A stretch of 60,397 nt of DNA from Verrucomicrobiota bacterium (GTDB taxonomy: Bacteria; Verrucomicrobiota; Verrucomicrobiia; Verrucomicrobiales; DEV007): contig JASFYY010000115.1 of the NCBI GenBank assembly GCA_045046875.1, forward strand, positions 1 through 60,397, written 5' to 3'. The stretch's first letter is position 1; the number at the start of each line of letters is the position of its first letter. Made by a program: the position numbers and the translations under genes. This document shows positions 46,901 to 53,539 of the stretch, piece after piece. The notes beneath the pieces were generated by a model. That model was not told the origin of the DNA. It ran no database searches and worked only from the letters and a program-made list of their open reading frames with translations.

Positions 46901-47104
46901 GATCTGACGGTCTACCTCCTCGGCATAACGGCTCAAATCAAAGGTCGTAGGGCGAACAATAAAAAAACCTGCCAGCAGCAGCACAAATACCAACAAACCC
47001 GCCAAGCTCTTCACAAAAAAACCGAACAATGAGTTTTTCTTCCTTACAGCCTGCGGGAGAAGCTCATCCCCAGAACCTTCTGTTGGCGGATTGGCATCAT
47101 TCAT
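43973..47104 (-). CDS. AsmA-family protein
   Basis: N-terminal anchor, ALGRDVAIEG..., LERNAAGNGNW, repeated beta-rich segments and C-terminal INCLIAHLSLENG...GEGKIDL...PIGVKGSLNHP. Confidence 0.85.
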   Translation of the reverse strand: MNDANPPTEGSGDELLPQAVRKKNSLFGFFVKSLAGLLVFVLLLAGFFIVRPTTFDLSRYAEEVDRQITAALGRDVAIEGDILFVTGLIPAVRVEKVRVENPVGWESSQSFAYLEHFETSVNLLELFNREINIDDVRIAGLTLSLERNAAGNGNWEGFAEIKGDQAKGAAHASGAKQNDKLEGLDLDFMELGGITIEDIKVSYRDAEQSEQSVFELDHLTGSAKLGLPVEFIIDGTFLNLPFNGKVKGGTLTSLRARIQAWPIELAGKLGDSSFHLDGQFAAKGFNPPGLLRVELDIPKLSQLVPITGELPDFGSIHLSGEARRTSKYNYSVPEVIGSIGKGKVSASIKLDLSGDVPRIEGELKSSAINLKLFKRKDEGEKIGEEEEGVDGQQAEAELRKNLKKIPKDLLPLVGHLRLQVGEVRGISKKVAVKNIDLELSVEKGKALAEVKVEFAGTPLRGRLALKRERTDGDISFDLDLKSERAEISNLIAYYAKSDRFRGSFEKMRYKVEGLGRTLVDAWFERRVAVEVDGAKMTYFGDNSEWNFFVSKGTMVRKGSELGKMQLTGGVGDAPFKIALAYESEFLGKGARTYFHRLEGKVADLEFHLENQKGEKSETGDAKFVFSVKGERLDKLDSVYEMDLPPMGPYSAEGVFIKTGAVLKFQQVALQVGSSKVEGSGSYEKRGKRPTLALDLNAKTLQLDDFTFEHWASDGKKSTSAKSKRKGPIEKNTVLPSVFSHQVLSRLDLSLKLDVGIVLSGKDRLSKGNLVAELKDSRLKIEPLKLGVPGGFLNGNLLFHPKSNGQVDWKVHLEAKDFELGVLARRAKPESKLSALANVDADLSASNVPFGRPQLKEASGKLDLTVCPRNLDADALDIWATNLIFAVLPNLGLTNKSKINCLIAHLSLENGVILPEMLALDTTRLRVGGEGKIDLVRDEYDLILTPYPKSPQLFSMELPIGVKGSLNHPKVETGSFTAVRAAGRIAANTVLFPVKFIVNERLPQDGSDICPCAGESPQPEKPKKESAAPKKEKKKGFFSRLFRK

Positions 47105-47168
47105 TTCTAGTAACTATTCAAGTCAGATAAGCTGATACGCACTTGGTTGTTGATTGGTAATCAGAGCA

Positions 47169-47247
47169 GGGCAGCCGGAACGGCCGTCCTACAATAGATA
47201 CCACAAAATACATAACGACTGTTGTAGGGCGAGCGCTTCGCTTGCCC
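47169..47247. repeat. Inverted pair of GTAG-type REP-like palindromes
   Basis: 47169-47192 reads GTAGGACGGCCGTTCCGGCTGCCC on the minus strand; 47224-47247 reads GTAGGGCGAGCGCTTCGCTTGCCC on the plus strand. The latter is nearly identical to 4975-4998. Confidence 0.7.
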
Positions 47248-47361
47248 ATTGCTAAGAGCAAGCTAAAGCTTTAGCAGTAAATCAAGCTCTCCAAACAAAG
47301 GCCTTATCCAAAATGTCTGCATAAATCATAAGATCGTTTAGAAGCTTATTCCCCTATTAGA

Positions 47362-47691
47362 TTATTTATCTTTAGGTTCATCGCGGAGTTTTTCACTTAC
47401 TTTGTCAGCTCCATCAGCAACTTTCTCCTTCGCTTTCTCAGCGGTTTTTTCAATCTCCTTACCGATTTTCTCAATCTCCTTCTCCACCTTGCCCGCCTGT
47501 TCATCCACTTTTTTACTTACCTGCTCAATTTTCTCGTCCATCTTTTTGCCCAACTCTTCCATCGTCCCGCCCGTAGCTTCTTCTGCCTTTTTGCATGAGC
47601 TCACCCCAATAGCCAGACCGCCCAGAACAACGACTGCCAGATTTACCGCCGTTCTGCCCTTCCGTGTGATTTTGTTCTTTGTATTAATCAT
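47362..47691 (-). CDS. Small Lys/Glu-rich helical lipoprotein
   Basis: Basic N-terminus, hydrophobic stretch and lipobox VSS|C, then a repetitive charged helix (LEA/YtxH-like composition). Confidence 0.75.
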   Translation of the reverse strand: MINTKNKITRKGRTAVNLAVVVLGGLAIGVSSCKKAEEATGGTMEELGKKMDEKIEQVSKKVDEQAGKVEKEIEKIGKEIEKTAEKAKEKVADGADKVSEKLRDEPKDK

Positions 47692-47842
47692 GAGTTTTTC
47701 TTTTTAATGTAATTTATATGCCTTTAAAGGTATTTAGAATCCATCAAAGCTACAAGCATGAAATGAAGCTATTTATAAAATTTGAAAGGCTCAGCTTTGA
47801 TTCTGATTGATCTACCCCATCTCCATATCGACACCACTCCCC

Positions 47843-48166
47843 TCAGCTGTTCACCTTTTTCACAAAACAAGCTTTCAGGGCAATCGCGGTTCCATCCATT
47901 TTGCAGTCAATTTCATGATCACCATCAACCAAACGAATGGGTTTGGATTTCATCCCCCGCTTGAGTACCTTGGAGCTACCTTTTAATTTCAAATCCTTGA
48001 TCATCGCCACCACATCCCCGTTGGCAAGCACGTTGCCATGGGCATCGACCACTACACGCGCTTCCTCCTCCCGCTCCCACTCATGCCCGCAGGTCATGCA
48101 TTCATATATTTCCGGATGTTCCAGAATATCGTTCATCTCACACATTGGGCATATCTTCTCACTCAT
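47843..48166 (-). CDS. yjdM: PhnA/YjdM zinc-ribbon protein
   Basis: CPMC...CMTCGHEW zinc ribbon and DAHGNVLANGDVV.MIKDLKLKGSS...IRLVDGDHEIDCK. Confidence 0.88.
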   Translation of the reverse strand: MSEKICPMCEMNDILEHPEIYECMTCGHEWEREEEARVVVDAHGNVLANGDVVAMIKDLKLKGSSKVLKRGMKSKPIRLVDGDHEIDCKMDGTAIALKACFVKKVNS

Positions 48167-48308
48167 ATTGAAAAGAGAGCCGCAACCAGGCCGATGCGCA
48201 AGGCCTGGAACAATGCTACAAGAAAATATTTTACCCCGCCCCCATCAGGGTACAGGACAAAAAACTTCGCCATTGGCTATTGAAAGCTACCTTATCAACC
48301 ATCAACAT

Positions 48309-48493
48309 CATTTCGCCCTTTTAGGGCTGGCAATAAAACCGATTTAACCCCAGCGCTTCGCACCGGGCTATCACATTTTGTCCTTACAGGACAGTTTGCT
48401 TTCACCTCTTGCACCAACGGTGCTAATTGATATAGCCCAGTGCGAAACGCTGGGTAAAAATTCCAATTCTTCCAGCCCTAAAAAGGCGAAATG
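48309..48493. repeat. Second REPIN-like inverted-repeat element
   Basis: 48309-48330 (CATTTCGCCCTTTTAGGGCTGG) matches the reverse complement of 48472-48493 at 21/22 positions. Inner pair CCCAGCGCTTCGCACCGGGCTAT / ATAGCCCAGTGCGAAACGCTGGG. Same layout as 35993-36211. Confidence 0.75.
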
Positions 48494-48570
48494 CATAGCG
48501 GTCAGCAGCTTAACTATTTTGTCTTACCCCGCCCCCATCACATCGATGGCAGCAACACTTGGTTCCTCGT

Positions 48571-49365
48571 TCATTTTTTCACCTTGATATCCAGACCCGG
48601 CAACCAAGGTGCGGGGATCTCCGGTGGCATTCCACCAAAAGGTTGATACACCGGCAACTGGATCACTCCCATGCAATGATCCTGCGAAGCTATAAAAAAC
48701 AAACTGTCCGCACAATCTTCAACCTGAATCATGGCCTGACGATGTTCCTCACCCACCTTCACCGGCCGTTTCTCAACCAAGGGTGTAAGAGCTTCCCCCG
48801 GCGCGTATTCTGAAAGCACAATTCCATTGGCTGACAACTGGGCTCGTGCAGTGAACAACAAACCATGCACCGCCCACTTGCTTGCGGTGTAGGGAACACC
48901 TGCATAAGCATCAAATCCATGCCCTGCAGTGGAGCTGACCACCACCATCCGCCCGCCACCATTTTCAGCCATCGGTTTCGAGACCGCTTGGATCATATTC
49001 ACCACCCCCATCACGTTCACATCAAGCACCGCTTTCCAACTTTCTTCGCTGGCCACCTTGCTTTCATCCTCATGAACCATGAACCGATCCGCTGTATTGA
49101 TGCCCGCCGTATGGATCAACGCCGTTGGCACCCCTTGCTCTAAAATAAGCTGCATCGCTGAAGCCACACTGCTGGAGTCAGCCACATCACAAACTACAGG
49201 TGTGATTCTATCCGATGCCTCAGCACTCTGCTGCAAAGACTGCAAGGTTCGTCCCAGCACAAAGGTCTTCGCTCCCGCTTGTGCAAAACGCCGGGCTGCC
49301 GCTTGCCCCATGCCCCCGCCTCCACCAGTGATGATCACTATCTTATCCGTCCAATCCTTTATCAT
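48571..49365 (-). CDS. SDR-family NAD(P)-dependent oxidoreductase
   Basis: ITGGGGGMG, HTAGIN, VSSTAG, YTASK. Confidence 0.93.
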   Translation of the reverse strand: MIKDWTDKIVIITGGGGGMGQAAARRFAQAGAKTFVLGRTLQSLQQSAEASDRITPVVCDVADSSSVASAMQLILEQGVPTALIHTAGINTADRFMVHEDESKVASEESWKAVLDVNVMGVVNMIQAVSKPMAENGGGRMVVVSSTAGHGFDAYAGVPYTASKWAVHGLLFTARAQLSANGIVLSEYAPGEALTPLVEKRPVKVGEEHRQAMIQVEDCADSLFFIASQDHCMGVIQLPVYQPFGGMPPEIPAPWLPGLDIKVKK

Positions 49366-49403
49366 AACGGCAAGGTAGCGGATGATAATAAAGATGCGAT
49401 GAT

Positions 49404-49460
49404 AAAAAAACGACCACCGATTCCGACAAGCTCTCCCGGGCCTGTCTTCGCCGATGGCCG
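49404..49460 (-). terminator. Probable intrinsic terminator of the hsp20 pair
   Basis: The minus strand has a CGGCCATCGG...TCGGTGGTCG stem with inner GACAGGC/GCTTGTC, followed by T7. Confidence 0.6.
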
Positions 49461-49487
49461 CCCACTTCCCGAAGGAAGATCCTGCGA

Positions 49488-49898
49488 CTACTGCACCGCA
49501 ATCAATCTTGCTTTGCAGGCTTCCGCCACTGGCAAACGCAAGGTCAGTATGCCGTCTTCCAGCTTGGCCGAAATGCGTTCATTGTCGATGTCCACATTGA
49601 GCGACAAAACCAAGCGGTAATCCGCAGGACGCTCCACCGGGGCACTGCCATAAACCGGACGCCAGGTTTCGGGAATCCAAGCACCCCTCCTAGCTATGAT
49701 AGTCAGCTCACCATTTTCGGCGCTCACTTCGAGCCCCTTTTTGTTCACCCCCGGCACAAGCACCGCCACCTCGTAAGCCTCCACGCCATCAAGTTTACTG
49801 GCTTTGTAGCGTGGTTGCACAAACACCTCATTTTCTTTTTTTCCTCTTTCTCTCAATGCCACCGTTTCTTTTGTTTTCACTGTTGATTGTTCACTCAT
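49488..49898 (-). CDS. Hsp20/alpha-crystallin small heat-shock protein
   Basis: VPGVNKKGLEV, ISAKLEDGILTLRLP. Confidence 0.92.
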   Translation of the reverse strand: MSEQSTVKTKETVALRERGKKENEVFVQPRYKASKLDGVEAYEVAVLVPGVNKKGLEVSAENGELTIIARRGAWIPETWRPVYGSAPVERPADYRLVLSLNVDIDNERISAKLEDGILTLRLPVAEACKARLIAVQ

Positions 49899-49934
49899 GA
49901 TTTTTCCTTTTTAAATTTACAATTACTTCAAGAT

Positions 49935-50387
49935 TCACTTCACCTTGATCTCACGTGTTTTGCGCTCTTCTGCTTTTGGCAGGGTGATCGTCAACACCCC
50001 ATCTTCCAACTTGGCCGCCACTTGATCGGCACGAATGCCATCAGGGACACTCATCGCCCGGCTGAACACCACATCCGTTTTTTCCTCCGCTCCCTCTGTC
50101 ACGGATTTACGTTCACAACTAACCGTCAGGTTTCCGTCATCGAGCTCCAGCTTCACTTCGCTTTTTTTAAAGCCTGGCAGCTCAACCCGGGCGTAGTAAT
50201 TTTCATCATCTTCATACAGACCTACGTCCAGAGAAGGCTCGGCTTGAACCCCCTGGCTCTGCCCCGTGTCGAGCAAACGACCAAAATGCCCCAGACCTAC
50301 AAAAGGACTGCGCAGCAGTCGTTCCATATCTCCAAAAGTGCGGCCAAACGAGTGCCCCAATGGGTGTGCATATCTTATTAGTTTCAT
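49935..50387 (-). CDS. Hsp20/alpha-crystallin small heat-shock protein
   Basis: ELPGFKKSEV, FSRAMSVP, AKLEDGVLTITLPKAE, C-terminal IKV. Confidence 0.95.
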   Translation of the reverse strand: MKLIRYAHPLGHSFGRTFGDMERLLRSPFVGLGHFGRLLDTGQSQGVQAEPSLDVGLYEDDENYYARVELPGFKKSEVKLELDDGNLTVSCERKSVTEGAEEKTDVVFSRAMSVPDGIRADQVAAKLEDGVLTITLPKAEERKTREIKVK

Positions 50388-50460
50388 GATTCTGTTTTTA
50401 TTATTTAGTTAATTTTATGCGCTTTCCATTTATTTAGAGCGCTTATGATACCTCTTTATT

Positions 50461-50477
50461 ACGCATAAGACATACCA
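50461..50477 (-). promoter_or_regulatory. Putative sigma54 (-24/-12) promoter for the hsp20 pair
   Basis: The minus strand reads TGGTATGTCTTATGCGT, which is GG-N10-GC, about 75 bp upstream of ATG 50387. Confidence 0.6.
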
Positions 50478-50506
50478 CCACAGACCCAAACAATTAAGTC
50501 GTTTAC

Positions 50507-50519
50507 AATCAATCAATTA
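50507..50519 (+). promoter_or_regulatory. IHF-consensus site
   Basis: AATCAATCAATTA matches WATCAANNNNTTR exactly. It lies between the sigma54 site and the upstream palindromes. Confidence 0.5.
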
Positions 50520-50552
50520 TAATAAATCAAACATTTCCAATATCCCTCACAA

Positions 50553-50613
50553 TGAGACTTTATGTCACACAAACAAACGCTGATCGGGACAGAATGTCGT
50601 GCCACTTTGTCCC
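50553..50613. promoter_or_regulatory. Candidate upstream activator sites (GACA-N3-TGTC-like palindromes)
   Basis: TGAGACTTTATGTCACA (50553-50569) and GGGACAGAATGTCGTGCCACTTTGTCCC (50586-50613). Confidence 0.45.
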
Positions 50614-50866
50614 TATTATTCATTTTTTTGATATTTTTATGCAGAAAAATATCGACATCCGTTGATAAAATATCCATTCTCTATCCTCTTGTGTGCCCAT
50701 GCAGACTCTCCCCCAAAGCCTCCCCTTGCCTCACTCATGCGAAACCTCGCTAATGAAGTCTGTTTGCACTTCCAGAACCGTGCCCCAACCTGTCCGGCCT
50801 CTTCGATTTTCTCGCTTAATAACTAAGCAATACATAAACCCAGAACCCCAATAAAAAACCAAACCT

Positions 50867-51349
50867 ATGAAAAATACATTCATCGTGCTCGCTGATCTTG
50901 GTCACCTCAGAGCTTTTCAACCCCAGGAAGCCGAACCCGGCGTGGGCAGGGAGTTTGATCTGAAAGAAATCAAACTCGCCCCCCTGAAACATGTGCCCTC
51001 CCCTATCGGTGAGCAGGTCACCGATCAAGCCGGACGATTCGCTACTGGCGGCGCCCCTGGCTCGCCACGTGGCTGTGGCATGTCGCATGGAGAAGCCCAC
51101 AATTTGCAAAGCGAGGACGAAAGACGTCTGATCAAAGAGCTGGCCAACCGCATTGATGCGATCATCGCCAAACGCAGCCCCAATCGTTGGATCCTGGCGG
51201 CACCCGCAGCCATTTTGTCACGGGTGAAGGAGGCCCTGCACCCAACCTCCAAAAAAATCCTGGTGGAGACCCAAGCCGCTGACCTCACCAAACTTTCGCT
51301 CAAACAAGTCGAAGGAAGGTTTTACAAACCCATCTCCAAAGTCGCATAG
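50867..51349 (+). CDS. Host-attachment-family protein (eRF1 domain 2-like fold)
   Basis: IVLADLGHLRAF N-terminus, TDQAGRF, WILAAPAAIL, DLTKL motifs. Confidence 0.8.
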   Translation: MKNTFIVLADLGHLRAFQPQEAEPGVGREFDLKEIKLAPLKHVPSPIGEQVTDQAGRFATGGAPGSPRGCGMSHGEAHNLQSEDERRLIKELANRIDAIIAKRSPNRWILAAPAAILSRVKEALHPTSKKILVETQAADLTKLSLKQVEGRFYKPISKVA

Positions 51350-51363
51350 ACCCGTATCAAACT

Positions 51364-51396
51364 AAAAAAGGGGCGCCATACCAGCGCCCCTTTTTT
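51364..51396. terminator. Intrinsic terminator (potentially bidirectional)
   Basis: A6-GGGGCGC-CATACCA-GCGCCCC-T6. Confidence 0.85.
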
Positions 51397-51539
51397 GTGC
51401 CCCCCCCCAAATGCACCCTGCCCGCCCACCTGGAGGGGCGAGCTTTGCGAGACCGCGTCCGCACCTAAGGCTACAAGCAGGCTCTAAAGCGGCTTTCCCC
51501 CTTGACGACGGCTCAAGCCACAGCGAACTGTTTTGTGTT

Positions 51540-52853
51540 ATGAGTAACGAAGCATTTCCAGATATCCCCACCATCAAATTCGAAGGCCCTGATTCGAAAA
51601 ATCCTCTCTCTTTCAAGCATTACGATGCGGATGAAATCGTCGGTGATAAAACGATGAAGCAGCACTTCCGTTTTTCGATGGCCTACTGGCATGCGATGCG
51701 CAATCCGCTGGCCGACCCGTTTGGCGAAGGCACAGCTCAGCGCCCCTGGGATGATGGTTCGGACTCGATAAAAAATGCCCAACAGCGGGTATGGGTGGCC
51801 TTTGAATTCATGCAAAAGCTCGGCCTCGAGTATTACTGCTTCCACGATCGTGATGTTGCCCCGGAAGGCGCCACTTTGGAAGAGAGCAACCGCAACCTCG
51901 ACGCCGTGGTCGATGAGTTGGAAAAAGCTCAAAATGAAACCGGCATCAAACTGCTGTGGGGAACCGCCTGTTTGTTTGTCAACAAACGTTACAACCAGGG
52001 AGCTGCAACATCTCCCTTCGCCGATGTTTTTGCCTACTCGGCGGCCCAGGTGAAAAAAGCGCTCGAAGTCACCCACCGCCTCGGCGGCGAAGGTTACACT
52101 TTCTGGGGAGGACGCGAAGGTTATTCGACCCTCTGGAATACCGACATCAAACGCGAAATCAGCCACTTGGCCCTATTGCTCAAAATGGCGGTCGCCCACA
52201 AAAAGAAAATCGGTTTCACCGGTGATTTCTACATCGAACCCAAACCGATGGAGCCCACCACCCACCAATACGATTCCGACGCAGCGGCTTGTTTGAATTT
52301 CCTGCGCGAACACAATCTGATGGGCGAGCTCAAGCTCAACCTCGAGACCAATCACGCCACCTTGGCCGGTCACAGCATGATGCACGAAATGGAAGTCGCC
52401 ATCGCCGCAGACTCACTCGGCTCGGTCGATGCCAATACCGGTGATGAGTTGATTGGCTGGGACACCGACCAGTTCCCGACCGATATCTACCTCGCCACCA
52501 AAATGATGCTCTGCCTGTTGAAATCCGGCGGTTTCGACAAAGGCGGATTGAACTTTGACGCCAAGGTTCGCCGCGAAAGCTTTGAGCCGGTCGACCTTTT
52601 TCACGCCCACATTGGCAGCATGGACACCTTCGCCCGCGGTCTAAAAACCGCCCACGCCATCCTCGAGGACGGACGTTGGCAGGACTTCGTCAAACAGCGC
52701 TACAGCTCATGGGACAGTGACATCGGCAAACGCATCGAGAACGGCGACGTCGGTTTTGAAGAACTCGAAACCTACACCCTGTCCCGTGGTGAACCCGCTA
52801 TCCGCAGTGGACGTCAGGAAATGCTCGAAAATCTGATCAACGAGTTTATCTAA
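51540..52853 (+). CDS. xylA: Xylose isomerase (class II)
   Basis: [49 protein letters not shown]. Start at ATG 51540. Confidence 0.97.
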   Translation: MSNEAFPDIPTIKFEGPDSKNPLSFKHYDADEIVGDKTMKQHFRFSMAYWHAMRNPLADPFGEGTAQRPWDDGSDSIKNAQQRVWVAFEFMQKLGLEYYCFHDRDVAPEGATLEESNRNLDAVVDELEKAQNETGIKLLWGTACLFVNKRYNQGAATSPFADVFAYSAAQVKKALEVTHRLGGEGYTFWGGREGYSTLWNTDIKREISHLALLLKMAVAHKKKIGFTGDFYIEPKPMEPTTHQYDSDAAACLNFLREHNLMGELKLNLETNHATLAGHSMMHEMEVAIAADSLGSVDANTGDELIGWDTDQFPTDIYLATKMMLCLLKSGGFDKGGLNFDAKVRRESFEPVDLFHAHIGSMDTFARGLKTAHAILEDGRWQDFVKQRYSSWDSDIGKRIENGDVGFEELETYTLSRGEPAIRSGRQEMLENLINEFI

Positions 52854-52874
52854 GCTCTTCGCAGCTTCTAAAAA

Positions 52875-53522
52875 ATGCTACAATTCACCTTGTTTGGATT
52901 TCCAATCCGGATCCACTGGATGTTCTGGCTGGTGGGTTGTTTGTTGGTGTTTCATCTGGTTACCTCATCCAATCCCCAGGATTTACAGAAGCTAGCGGTC
53001 TGGCTGATCGTGTTTTTTGTCTCGATCCTGTGGCACGAACTGGGTCACGCCTTTGCCATGCGCAAATACGGCGGACGCCCTGACATCCTGCTCTACGGTA
53101 TGGGCGGGGTGTGCAGCAGTGTCGGTCGTTATACCCGCAAACAATCGATGATCATCTCCGCCGCCGGCCCGGCGGCCGGTTTCTCCTTGGCCCTGGTCGC
53201 ATATTTTCTACTGCACACCAGTCCTGTTATGAACAGCTACTTTGTGCTCTACGCTTTGAAAAAAATGTTTTTCATCAACCTCTTCTGGACAGTGCTCAAC
53301 TTGCTCCCGATCCAGCCGCTCGACGGCGGCCAGATATTCCGCTCCTTCATGTCCAATACCAACCCGTCGATCGTGCCCAAAGTGGGCATGGTCACGGGAG
53401 GCATCATCGCTGTGCTCAGCCTGGTTTTCCTCAACAGCCTCTTCATGGCGATCATGTTCGGCTACCTCGCTTACCAAAACTGGAAAATAGGCCAAGGCCA
53501 ATCCTTCCGCATGCCCTTTTAA
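52875..53522 (+). CDS. Site-2 protease family (M50) intramembrane metalloprotease
   Basis: HELGH, AAGP, NLLPIQPLDGG; multiple TM helices. Confidence 0.93.
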   Translation: MLQFTLFGFPIRIHWMFWLVGCLLVFHLVTSSNPQDLQKLAVWLIVFFVSILWHELGHAFAMRKYGGRPDILLYGMGGVCSSVGRYTRKQSMIISAAGPAAGFSLALVAYFLLHTSPVMNSYFVLYALKKMFFINLFWTVLNLLPIQPLDGGQIFRSFMSNTNPSIVPKVGMVTGGIIAVLSLVFLNSLFMAIMFGYLAYQNWKIGQGQSFRMPF

Positions 53523-53539
53523 TTCTATTCCCACCTATC

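Noticed and set aside
47843..48166. Phosphonate catabolism inferred from the name PhnA
   Set aside because: This zinc-ribbon PhnA/YjdM is not phosphonoacetate hydrolase, and no C-P lyase genes are present.
50388..50866. CIRCE/HrcA operator for the hsp20 genes
   Set aside because: No TTAGCACTC-N9-GAGTGCTAA match was found on either strand.
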